A stretch of 64,000 nt of DNA, from positions 192,001 through 256,000 of the forward strand of contig JBKAGE010000037.1 in the NCBI GenBank assembly GCA_046290225.1, given 5' to 3'. The notes beneath the pieces are model-generated. The model was not told the DNA's origin. It searched no databases and worked only from the letters and a program-made list of their open reading frames with translations. Source of the stretch: Bradymonadia bacterium (GTDB lineage Bacteria; Myxococcota_A; Bradymonadia; UBA7976; UBA1532). Both the position numbers and the translations under genes were made by a program. Of the stretch, positions 54,333 through 63,307 are shown piece after piece (the stretch's first letter is position 1; the number at the start of each line of letters is the position of its first letter).

Positions 54333-55799
54333 TCATGATCCCCGCGTGCGACGCTCGATCACGATGCCGTGACGCTCCATCCGCCGATACAACGCCTGAC
54401 GACTGAGCCCGAGGGCTGCCGCAGCCCGAGCGACGATGCCTCCGGCTTCCTGCAACGCGGCCTCGATCTGTGCCCGCTCGGGATCATCACTGCTGCTGGC
54501 CCCAGCGGAGGGTGGTGGCGCAGGGGCAAGGCGCCCGGAGGGGCGCCATCGAGCCGGGTTGTTCTCGGGAATCCGGCCAGTCTCGAGGCCCAAATCACCG
54601 GCGCGAATGACACCACCCTGGTGGAGCAACAAGGCCCGCTGCATACAGTTGGTCAGCTCGCGCACGTTCCCGGGCCAGTCATGGTCGAGCAGGGCCCTGC
54701 GAGCGTCTTCGCCGAGGGTGGGCGGTGTATCGCCAGGGCCGCCGACTCCGCTGGCAAAATGCTGCCGCAAGAAATGCCGGGCGAGGGGCTCGATGTCTTC
54801 GGTCCGGTAGACGAGGGGGGGCACTTTGATTTCGATGACGTTGAGTCTGAAATACAGGTCCTGCCGAAATGTACCGTCGGCGATGGAGCGTGGCAGGTCT
54901 GCGTTGGTGGCGCTGATGAGCCGAACATCGACGGTCCGAGTGACGCTGGATCCGACCCGCTCGAAGGCGCCGGTCTGTAAAACCCTCAACAACTTGGTCT
55001 GGCCACTGAGCGGCAAGTTCCCGATCTCGTCGAGGAACAATGTGCCATGGTCCGCCGCTTCGAACCGCCCGGTGCGCTTCTTGTTGGCACCGGTGTACGC
55101 CCCAGCTTCATGGCCAAACAACTCACTCTCGATGAGGGTCTCTGGCAACGCACCGGCGTTCACCCGCACAAAGGGCTTCTTCCGCCGCCCGGAGTTTGCC
55201 TGGATGATCTCGGCGATCTTCTCTTTGCCGACGCCGTTGGGCCCGGTGATGAGCACGGGTACATCGGCAGCGGCCACCCGTACGGCGAGAGAGACGACGT
55301 CGTGCATGGCTCCGCTCTCGTAGATGAGGCCACACAGGTCGAACCGCTCGCCGAGGGCCTGCCGCGCAGCAAGGCCACTGCCCTGGGCCACGGCGAGATG
55401 CCTGGCCCGCATCTGCAGCAACCCCTGTACCCGCTCCACGAGCCGCTCGTCGTCCCATGGTTTGGTGAGGTAGTCGCTGGCCCCCTCTTTGACCATCTGC
55501 ACGGCGGTCTCGACGGATCCCCACGCGGTGAACAGCAACACAGGGAGATCGGCGTCGATCTCCCGCATAGCCCGAAACAGCCGAATGCCCTCTTCACCGC
55601 TGGTGGTGTCCTCGGTGAAGTTCATGTCCTGGATCACCAGCCCGATGGGGCCCTGGCCTCTGACGATCTCCAAGGCCTGATCGGGGCCCTCTGCTGTGAG
55701 GGTGCTGAGGCCATGGATCTCAAGCAACACCTGGACGGCGGTGACGACGGCCGGCTGGTCGTCGACGATGAGGACGGGCAGCTGATCTGGTGCAGGCAA
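54333..55799 (-). CDS. Sigma-54-dependent response regulator (receiver, AAA+, Fis-type HTH)
   Basis: LIVDDQ, QDMNF, GPNGVGKE, ESELFGHEAGAYTGA, LFLDEIG, WPGNVREL, LGLSRQALYRRM. TTG 55799 follows AGGAG; the track start 55976 runs through the hexamer repeat. Confidence 0.93.
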   Translation of the reverse strand: MPAPDQLPVLIVDDQPAVVTAVQVLLEIHGLSTLTAEGPDQALEIVRGQGPIGLVIQDMNFTEDTTSGEEGIRLFRAMREIDADLPVLLFTAWGSVETAVQMVKEGASDYLTKPWDDERLVERVQGLLQMRARHLAVAQGSGLAARQALGERFDLCGLIYESGAMHDVVSLAVRVAAADVPVLITGPNGVGKEKIAEIIQANSGRRKKPFVRVNAGALPETLIESELFGHEAGAYTGANKKRTGRFEAADHGTLFLDEIGNLPLSGQTKLLRVLQTGAFERVGSSVTRTVDVRLISATNADLPRSIADGTFRQDLYFRLNVIEIKVPPLVYRTEDIEPLARHFLRQHFASGVGGPGDTPPTLGEDARRALLDHDWPGNVRELTNCMQRALLLHQGGVIRAGDLGLETGRIPENNPARWRPSGRLAPAPPPSAGASSSDDPERAQIEAALQEAGGIVARAAAALGLSRQALYRRMERHGIVIERRTRGS

Positions 55800-55863
55800 C
55801 TGGGAGCTCCTGGTGATGGGAGGCTTGGGCAGTTTAACAAGGGATTGGGCAAATTTTGGGAAA

Positions 55864-55899
55864 AGAGAGTTTCGGGCACGGGCACGGGCACGGGCACGA
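55864..55899. repeat. Intergenic element AGAGAGTTT(CGGGCA)4CGA, copy 2
   Basis: Four exact hexamers at 55873-55896 with the same flanks as 36627-36674. Confidence 0.9.
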
Positions 55900-56001
55900 G
55901 TTTTACGGGTGTGGGCTCCACGGTATGTGGTTGGTGGTGTCTTGGAGCTGTGGGGGTGGCGGCTGCTTCGCCGCACGTCGTGGCCACATCGGCGTGGTTC
56001 A

Positions 56002-56033
56002 TGGGGTTGCTGGTTTTTCGACCAGCAACCCCA
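56002..56033. terminator. Perfect 13-bp hairpin (terminator-like or REP-like)
   Basis: TGGGGTTGCTGGT-TTTTCG-ACCAGCAACCCCA, between the giant protease gene and the sigma-54 regulator; no U-tract. Confidence 0.45.
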
Positions 56034-56217
56034 CCCTACAAAGCTAGAGAAGCGTTGTGCACGTGCCTCACGGAGGCGCGTAGGTGGGGACAGTCGTCGT
56101 GAGGTCGGTGAGTTTGCGTGCAGGTGGGGTGAAAATTCGGGAGTCGTAGCTGGAAGCTACGGCGAGTGAATTTTCGCGACGCCTGTGCGTGAAATCGCCG
56201 GCGTCACGGCGGCTGGC

Positions 56218-56257
56218 GCCGCCGAAGCGCCGGAGCACAGCCGCCGAAGCGCCGGAG
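56218..56257. repeat. 18-bp direct repeat immediately after the metalloprotease stop codon
   Basis: GCCGCCGAAGCGCCGGAG at 56218-56235 and 56240-56257. Confidence 0.8.
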
Positions 56258-59200
56258 TTAGTCCCAGATACCCTTGGTGTTGGGGTTGCCCAGGCCGTAG
56301 GCCGAGATGGCCTCGCGCATGAAGAAGGGCAGGGACACGTACTGGCGCAGGGCCATGCAGGCGCGGTTGGCCTCGCAGGTGCAGTTGGCGTTGCTCGAGG
56401 CGTTACAGCCGAAGGAGCCCTCGGGATCCACGAAGCCTTCCTCGGTGATGGCCGAGATGGAGGGATCCCACTGAATGAGGGGCTCGCCGGTGTTGGCGTT
56501 CATCACGGGGATGTACCAGTCGGGCGTGCCGTCATTGTTCAGGTCGGGGCCGTCGTCCACCACGTAGGCCTGTGCGAGCAGCTCGTTGGCGTACTCCAGG
56601 ACGCGGGCGGCGATGCCGCGCTGAACGGTCTTGCCAAAGATCTGCTCCGTGCCGTAGGCCTTGGCCACGTACACCTTGCCGGTGGGGTTGTGGAACTCGA
56701 TGCGGTTGTCGAAGCCGGGATCGTTGTCCACACCCAGCTCCCAGACGCGCATCATGTCGATCCAGCTCTGCTCCTGGTTGGCGGGCAGGTACATGAGGGT
56801 CCATGCCACGAGGAACTTCTGCTGCTCCCAGCCGATCTGGGGATCGAGGACCGCGGTGAACTCGGGATCGTCGGGGTTGAAGTTCGCGCCGCTCTCGTTG
56901 CCGAAGGTGGTGCACAGGGTGGTGCTGTCGTTGGGGAAGCACACCCGGGGGGTCTCGCCCCACCAGCTGACGTAGCCCATGGGGGCGTCGGGGAAGCCCT
57001 TGTCGTCGAGGAAGGGACGACCCACGGGATCGGACCAGAGGCGCATACCCTTGATGGCGTCGTCGCCGGTCAGGTTGTTGGCCAGCCAGCGGCGGAAACC
57101 GTCGGGGTAGAGCTCGGCGAGGGACACAGCGCGGTAGCGCGCGTCGACGAAGTCACGACGGGAGTCAGAGATGAAGTTGTCCTCGGACTCGGCCATCAGG
57201 TAGGGGGTCCAGATCTTGTCGTAGTAGGAGCCGGCGTTGATGGTGAACTCGGCGTCGTACTCACCCTGACCCTCGGCGAGGGCGTTCTCGACGGGCTTAC
57301 CACCGATGCCCACGGTCTCGAGGTAGCCGGTGGCACCGTTGGGGATGCTCACGACGATGTCATCGGCGTCGATGTTGCCGATGGCGTCAGCCTCGGAGCG
57401 CAGCACCGACTGGTCGAAGTCGGAGTAGTAGTGACCACCCACGGCGGGGCGGGCGAAGGCGCGGGTGAAGTGGTCGAAGGCCAGACCCGAAGCCAGGATG
57501 GGCTCCTTGAAGAAGTCGGGGGCGATCTGGGGCCAGAACTGGGCGAAGTTGTAGCCGAGGTCCAGCGAGAAGTCGCGGTAGATGTTCTTCAGCAGGCCCA
57601 GGCCCTTGGCGGCGTCACGGATCTTGCCGTTGTAGCGACCCAGGGTCCGGTTGGCGGCGCCACGGATGCTGAAGGTCTGGCGGCCACGACGGTAGTTGTC
57701 CCAGATGTGACCGACCTCCTGCTGGGTGATGAAGAAGTCGAACAGCTCGTACTGATCGGCGCCGTTGTCGTGACGGTACACAGCGGCGTTACCGAGGTCG
57801 GCCCAGCGGTCGGTGGCGAAGCCGTAAGGCACGCGCACGCGGTCGTTGCCGTCAACGGTGGGCCCGCCGCGGGGGAAGATGCCGCCCTGCTGGAGGACGT
57901 CACCATCGGTGGTCTGGAGATCGTTCCAGGCCACGTAGTCCACCGTCTGCTGATCACAGACGCTGAACTGGCCGTCGACCTGCACCAGCAGACCGTCGAG
58001 GGTGGGGTGCCAGGCACCGTCGAGCTCCTCGTTCCAGTACTGGGGCTTGTAGTCGTCGGGGTTCACCACGCGGCAGTTCTGGATGAGGTCGTACTCGCGG
58101 TTGAGCGCGGAGTAGTGGATCTCGCCCTCGCTGCCTTCCCAGTCGTAACCGAGGATGCCGCCGAAGTTGTCCTGCTTACCGATCATGCCCAGGCCGCGGT
58201 AGGTGTCGGCCTTGTAGCTGTCGTCGGCGAAGACGGCCACGGTGTCGCCGTAGAACATACGGGTGGCGGCGTAGTCGTACGCCGAGAGGCCCAGCATGTC
58301 CTGGGAGTACTCACCGGCGTAGTCCATCATCGAGGAGTGCATCCACATCCAGATGAGGTTGTCGCGCTCTTCGGCGGTCATGGGGTCGAAGTAGCGGGGA
58401 CCGATGCAGTTCTCACCGTCGCGGGTCACGCCGGTGCAGTCCTCGGTGATGGTGCCGTTCTTGGTCCGCAGCTGCCAGTACTGAGGGCGGTAGTGGTACG
58501 CGTTGGAGGAGCTCACGAAGTTGTGACGCAGACCCACGGAGTGGCCCATCTCGTGGGACATGACTGCGTAGTGTGCCTTGCGCTTGAGGTAGGTACGCAT
58601 GCGCTCGGCGCGGTCGAGCTGCACAGCGGGATCGTCCGAGGCGCTCATCTGGCCGAACTTGGCCTCGAGCATGTCGCCCATGCCGGTGAGGGACATGGGG
58701 GCCGGGGCCTCCTCGTAGATGCAGCTGCCGCGATCGGCGAGAGCCTTCTCCTTGAGGCGGTACATCTGACGCTGGAAGGCGGGGTTACCGGCGCGCAGGA
58801 TCGACGAGGCGTCGAGCACGCTGTCGGTCATGCCCAGGCCGTCGACGCCCATGAGCTCCTGCATCATGGGGGTCATCAGCTCGGCCTCGAAGGTGGTGCC
58901 CTTGGCCTGGTTGGCCCGGGCGAGGGCGAAGGCCTGCACCTGACCGGGGGCCAGGAGATCGGCGCGCACGTTGGCGGCGATGTCCTTCTTGAGCATGCGG
59001 GCCTTGCGCATGACGTCGGCGGGCAGCTCGGCACGCTCGCGGTTGGCGTCGAAGTCGGGGGTCTCCACCTCGGGGTCGAAGGTGAGATCGCGGCTGAAGG
59101 CGTTCACGCGCTGGTTCACCTCGTCGGAGGTGTAGCGACCAGCGACACCACCACCGGAGGCGGCGGAAGCTGCGCGGGCCCAGTCACGGACGTACTCGGC

Positions 59201-61192
59201 CTCGGTGACCTCTTCGGTGGTCAGCTCGCCCTTGGAGTAGCGGATCATGTCGATGACCTTGGCGCTCCAGAGGTCGTTGACGTGGGACCACACGTTGGCG
59301 CTGGCGGAGATCGACTCACCGGTGAGGGGGTCGATGGCGTCCACCATGATGCCCCAGGGCGAAGGCGTCTGGGGGGTGGGGATCACGTTGATCTGGTGGT
59401 AACGGATGTCACCCATGCGCACGGTGAGGGCGTTCTGACAGGCGGCGAAGGTCTCACCCTCAGGGTCGAGGTAAGCGTCGGCGCAGTCGGTGTGGCTGAT
59501 GCCCTCGGGCAGGCGCTGGTCAGCGGTGCCGCAGTAGGGGTGATCGCCGTGCTCGACGGGGCTGTGGCAGAGCACCACCATGGGATCCATCTTGGCGATG
59601 GCGATGACCTCGGCCTTAGCGCCGCGGGCCTCACCGAGGCGATCGGCGGTGGAGTCACAGGTGCCCCAGCCGTTCTCCTTCTCGCAGGCGATGACCTCGG
59701 CCATGATCTGCTTGAGATCGGTGTGGTCGTCCATCTGGCCGTCGTACATCGGGAAGTCGCTCTTACACGCGCCAGCGTCGCCACCGGTGCGCACACACTC
59801 GGAGTAGCGGGCCGTCTGCACGGCGGCGCGGAAGGCGGAGTCCCAGTCGCGGGTGGACCAGGTGGTGGGCTCGAAGTACTCGGGATCCGAAGCCTCGGTG
59901 TAGTACCAGACGATGGGCTTCGCGTCGCGAGCGCGGTAGGGCAGGGTGCACTTCTGGGTGAAGGTGTCACACTGCGAGCCGCCGAAGCCCGTGGCGTCGG
60001 TGACGGCCTCGCACTCGTCGGCGGTGCCGTTGCCGTCGGTGTCGCGGTTGGCGTCCTGGCCGTAAGGGGTGGTCTCGGGGGTGAAGCACTCCACGGGACC
60101 GACCATGTTCTCCAGGTCCTCGTAGTAGTGGCTACGCTCCCAGATGTTGTAGCGGTTGATGAAGCGGCGCCACTGCTCGTCGGTCATGCCGTACTTGCGG
60201 GTGTAGCCCTTCCGGTCGACGGTGAATGCACCGTAGGCCTGGAACCGCAGGCCGTCCCAGTGGGCGGGCTGGTAGTCGTTGGGCACCACGCGGCGGAAGC
60301 TGTGACGAATGGTCAGCTCCACCGGGTTACAGCTCGCCGCGGGCCCCGTGCCGTTGAGGAAGTCGGGGTCGAGGAAGCAGGAGGGGAAGCTGTCGATGCC
60401 CCAGCCGAAGTGGCTGAGATCGATGAGCTCGGGCTTGGCGAAGGCCTTGACGGTGATGTCGAAGTAGCCATCTTCCAGATCGCCGAACTGGGGCGCATCA
60501 GGATCATTGGGATCGGTGATGTCGTACTTGAGGGGCTCGTACCGCAGGCCGCCGTAGAGACCGAGCAGCGACAGGGTGTCGAAGTCGTAGGTCTCGCCGG
60601 AGAGGTTCTGCGACCAGTCAACGCGGAAGTACTCCCGCTCGTACCAGGGACGATCGGTCGTGTTCTCGTTGATGATGTTGAGCTTCTCACCCGTGGTGGG
60701 GTTGTACTGGTTGATGATGTCGAAGTGAGACTCGATGCGGAAGACCGCAGCGATGACACCATCCTGGGTGGGGCCGCCGAGGCCCTTGCCGTCAGACCCC
60801 TCGATGCGCTCGTAGGCGATGCGCGCGATGAGCTGGTCCTCGGTGACCTGCCACTTGATGCGGGACAGGGGCTGAGCGTAGGTGCTGGTGAACAGACCAT
60901 CCTGGCTGGCGCCGTAGCCCACGTCGATGAGCGTGGCCTGCGTGTAGAACTCAGGATCGTCAGCAGTGCTCAGGAAGTCCTGCCCGATGAAGTGGGACTT
61001 CTCCAGCGCGAAAGGCTGTACGCGATTGATCGCCGGGCGCTCCTCAGCGCAGCCCGCGGACAGGGCCGCGAGGCCGAGCGCGGCGACAGCGGTTCTTCTC
61101 TTGATCATCTTGTTCTTCGCTCGCGTGGAACGGGGCTGCGCGGGGCGCCGCCCGGGTTGGGTGGTGATCGGAGATTTCGTGTTCATGCTCAT
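56258..61192 (-). CDS. Giant Cys-rich zinc metalloprotease lipoprotein (metzincin-like)
   Basis: Lipobox LSAGC; HEMGHSVGLRHNF zinc motif; Met-turn SSMMDY; many paired Cys; very strong C/G third-position bias. The true start may be the later Met (MIKRR). Confidence 0.85.
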   Translation of the reverse strand: MSMNTKSPITTQPGRRPAQPRSTRAKNKMIKRRTAVAALGLAALSAGCAEERPAINRVQPFALEKSHFIGQDFLSTADDPEFYTQATLIDVGYGASQDGLFTSTYAQPLSRIKWQVTEDQLIARIAYERIEGSDGKGLGGPTQDGVIAAVFRIESHFDIINQYNPTTGEKLNIINENTTDRPWYEREYFRVDWSQNLSGETYDFDTLSLLGLYGGLRYEPLKYDITDPNDPDAPQFGDLEDGYFDITVKAFAKPELIDLSHFGWGIDSFPSCFLDPDFLNGTGPAASCNPVELTIRHSFRRVVPNDYQPAHWDGLRFQAYGAFTVDRKGYTRKYGMTDEQWRRFINRYNIWERSHYYEDLENMVGPVECFTPETTPYGQDANRDTDGNGTADECEAVTDATGFGGSQCDTFTQKCTLPYRARDAKPIVWYYTEASDPEYFEPTTWSTRDWDSAFRAAVQTARYSECVRTGGDAGACKSDFPMYDGQMDDHTDLKQIMAEVIACEKENGWGTCDSTADRLGEARGAKAEVIAIAKMDPMVVLCHSPVEHGDHPYCGTADQRLPEGISHTDCADAYLDPEGETFAACQNALTVRMGDIRYHQINVIPTPQTPSPWGIMVDAIDPLTGESISASANVWSHVNDLWSAKVIDMIRYSKGELTTEEVTEAEYVRDWARAASAASGGGVAGRYTSDEVNQRVNAFSRDLTFDPEVETPDFDANRERAELPADVMRKARMLKKDIAANVRADLLAPGQVQAFALARANQAKGTTFEAELMTPMMQELMGVDGLGMTDSVLDASSILRAGNPAFQRQMYRLKEKALADRGSCIYEEAPAPMSLTGMGDMLEAKFGQMSASDDPAVQLDRAERMRTYLKRKAHYAVMSHEMGHSVGLRHNFVSSSNAYHYRPQYWQLRTKNGTITEDCTGVTRDGENCIGPRYFDPMTAEERDNLIWMWMHSSMMDYAGEYSQDMLGLSAYDYAATRMFYGDTVAVFADDSYKADTYRGLGMIGKQDNFGGILGYDWEGSEGEIHYSALNREYDLIQNCRVVNPDDYKPQYWNEELDGAWHPTLDGLLVQVDGQFSVCDQQTVDYVAWNDLQTTDGDVLQQGGIFPRGGPTVDGNDRVRVPYGFATDRWADLGNAAVYRHDNGADQYELFDFFITQQEVGHIWDNYRRGRQTFSIRGAANRTLGRYNGKIRDAAKGLGLLKNIYRDFSLDLGYNFAQFWPQIAPDFFKEPILASGLAFDHFTRAFARPAVGGHYYSDFDQSVLRSEADAIGNIDADDIVVSIPNGATGYLETVGIGGKPVENALAEGQGEYDAEFTINAGSYYDKIWTPYLMAESEDNFISDSRRDFVDARYRAVSLAELYPDGFRRWLANNLTGDDAIKGMRLWSDPVGRPFLDDKGFPDAPMGYVSWWGETPRVCFPNDSTTLCTTFGNESGANFNPDDPEFTAVLDPQIGWEQQKFLVAWTLMYLPANQEQSWIDMMRVWELGVDNDPGFDNRIEFHNPTGKVYVAKAYGTEQIFGKTVQRGIAARVLEYANELLAQAYVVDDGPDLNNDGTPDWYIPVMNANTGEPLIQWDPSISAITEEGFVDPEGSFGCNASSNANCTCEANRACMALRQYVSLPFFMREAISAYGLGNPNTKGIWD

Positions 61193-61203
61193 CTACCCCT
61201 TCT

Positions 61204-62304
61204 TCAGCGCACCAGGGCGCCCATGTTGAGCACCACGCCGACGTTGTAGGTGGTGAAGCGGTTGAAGAAGGGGGTGTAGTAGCCGTTGGCTTCGGAGTTG
61301 GGCTCGAGCTGGCCGTGGAAGGCGTCGGCGCTCAAGTTAAAGCCCACGGCAGACCAGGGCTGAATGTTCGCCCCTACGCTCGTCGACAGGAGGCCGCGGA
61401 AACGGGTGTCCTGCTGCGGACCAGTGTAGGGCGTCTCACCCGGCGCGAAGGTCTGGTTGGTGAAGTCTTCTGCCAAGGTGTTCACCCGGTAGAGGTAGTC
61501 GTTGATGACCGAGCCGCTCACGTTGAAGGTGAGCCAGTTGGTCACGGTGAGCGACACCACACCGGTGTAGATCATCCGCCAACGGGCGTTGGAGACGCCG
61601 TTGCCGATGAAGTTACCGTTGAAGCTGTCGAACCCCGGGTAGGCGTTGGAGCTCAGCCGCGAGGCGCTGTTGCCGTTGATGCGCTGCTCCTCATCTTCAC
61701 CAGTGGTGAACTCGTGGAAGAAGCGGGTCATCTGCACGTTGGCGATGAGCGCCAGGCCCTTGAGCACCTTGAAGGGCTTGATGAGGCCCAACCCACCACG
61801 CACCCCGAACATGAGCGACTCGTTCTGTGAGAACTTGCTCGTGGGCAGGCGCACGTCGAAGAGCCCCGTGGCGATCATGCCCAGGCCGGGGACCTGCATG
61901 TTGCCGCCGACACCGACGAAGGTGTCGAACCACTGGGTCTCGTTGTCTTGGGTGGTGATGTTGTTCTCGGTGAACTCATGGAGCACGAAGGTGTTGGCCC
62001 GCAGGTGCCAAGAGTCACCAAGCCACCACCGAGCGAGCACGCTGAACTGCGCCGCCTGGTTGGGGTCGTAGGTCAGCTGGGCACCCTTGTCGAAGGTGCG
62101 ATGGCTGACGCCGTACCCGCCGGTGATGAAGCTGCCCCGCCAGGGCACCTTCTTCTTGGCGCCGCCGCCTGTGGCTGCGTCGAGCGGGTTCTGCGCAGAG
62201 GCGACACCGCCCATGAGCAGCCCGCCGAGCAGGCACAGCCCGACGATGAGAGCCGCGAGGGCTGGGCCCCGGCGCGGTGAGGATGTGAAGGTTCTTCGCT
62301 GCAT
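61204..62304 (-). CDS. Probable outer-membrane beta-barrel protein
   Basis: Signal peptide ending VASA; repeated alternating hydrophobic/polar strands rich in aromatic residues and Gly; 11 bp upstream of the protease ORF. ATG 62304 preferred. Confidence 0.6.
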   Translation of the reverse strand: MQRRTFTSSPRRGPALAALIVGLCLLGGLLMGGVASAQNPLDAATGGGAKKKVPWRGSFITGGYGVSHRTFDKGAQLTYDPNQAAQFSVLARWWLGDSWHLRANTFVLHEFTENNITTQDNETQWFDTFVGVGGNMQVPGLGMIATGLFDVRLPTSKFSQNESLMFGVRGGLGLIKPFKVLKGLALIANVQMTRFFHEFTTGEDEEQRINGNSASRLSSNAYPGFDSFNGNFIGNGVSNARWRMIYTGVVSLTVTNWLTFNVSGSVINDYLYRVNTLAEDFTNQTFAPGETPYTGPQQDTRFRGLLSTSVGANIQPWSAVGFNLSADAFHGQLEPNSEANGYYTPFFNRFTTYNVGVVLNMGALVR

Positions 62305-62641
62305 ACGCTTCCCCGATGCTCGAACAAGTCTGAAACACACCGAATAAACAGCCGGCTGGGTGCGTTCAGTGAGGGGACGGTTTCCCCTCTTGAAGTGGGC
62401 CCGGCGCGCCAGTGCCGACATAAGAGGCCAGATTCAGAGGACGGCATCATCAGGATCTCACCCCTCCGATGCAACCGTTCTGTCACATTGGGCATCTCGA
62501 CAGCCTTGGGCGCATAGCAAAGTGGGGGCCACCTCGCAATTGTTGCACCCCGACCAGATTTTTTTCTGTCACCTCGTCTCTGGGCCTTGTGCTGCCACGG
62601 TTTTCTTCACTGTTCGAAAAACGCACATGAGGGGGCAGGTG

Positions 62642-62657
62642 TGCATTCACCGTGCCT
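62642..62657 (-). promoter_or_regulatory. Possible sigma-54 (-24/-12) promoter facing the barrel/protease operon
   Basis: Minus strand AGGCACGGTGAATGCA = GG-N10-GC, close to TGGCACG-N4-TTGCW; about 340 nt upstream of the preferred start. Confidence 0.3.
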
Positions 62658-62701
62658 GATCATGTTTCGAACACCCCCCCGTCGGTGTTACACCCATCGT
62701 C

Positions 62702-63289
62702 ATGAAAAGTATCGACACGCTGCTGCGTACAGGGCGCACGTTGAGGGTGGCAGGCTTCGATGACGCCCCCTTCGAAAAGGTCCCCGGCGCGCCGGTGCCC
62801 GTGAGCGGCATCATCTGCAACGGCACCCGTATGGAGGGCATGCTCTGGGGCACTGCCCACCGCGACGGTGACGATGCCACCGAGGTCATCGCCAGCCTGC
62901 TCGAAGGCAGCAAGTTCCACGATCAGGTGCACGTGGTGCTGCTCGATGGCCTCGCCGTCGGCGGCTTTAATTTAATCGACCTGCCCACCCTCGCCGAGCG
63001 CCTCGACCGCCCCTGCGCCGCGGTCATGCGCAAGCCACCCGACATGCCGGGCATTCGCCGCGCCCTCGATCGTTTCGAAGACGCTGAGCGACGACACGCC
63101 CTCGTGGATCGCGCGGGCGAGATCTACAATGAAGGGCCCTTCTACTTTCAGGTGAAGGGCACCACCCCTGTGGAGATGGGCCGCGCCCTGACCCACCTCA
63201 CTGATCGAGGGCACGTCCCCGAGGCCCTGCGCCTCGCCCATCTGATCGGCGCCGCGGTGATCACCGGCGAAAGCAGCCGCCGCGCCTGA
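62702..63289 (+). CDS. DUF99 / endonuclease dU (EndoV-like) family protein
   Basis: RVAGFDDAPF, DGDDAT, LLDGLAVGGFNLID, GHVPEALRLAHLI. Confidence 0.88.
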   Translation: MKSIDTLLRTGRTLRVAGFDDAPFEKVPGAPVPVSGIICNGTRMEGMLWGTAHRDGDDATEVIASLLEGSKFHDQVHVVLLDGLAVGGFNLIDLPTLAERLDRPCAAVMRKPPDMPGIRRALDRFEDAERRHALVDRAGEIYNEGPFYFQVKGTTPVEMGRALTHLTDRGHVPEALRLAHLIGAAVITGESSRRA

Positions 63290-63307
63290 GCCTCACTGGA
63301 GATCGAG

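Noticed and set aside
55800..55976. N-terminal extension of the sigma-54 regulator containing RARARARAR, and CPCPCPCP in ORF 35631..36866
   Set aside because: These are translations of the non-coding (CGGGCA)n repeat; a TTG with an AGGAG RBS at 55799 is the better start.
56189..61249. 1686-aa ORF on the + strand
   Set aside because: Antisense shadow of the codon-biased metalloprotease; V/G/A/H-rich with no motifs.
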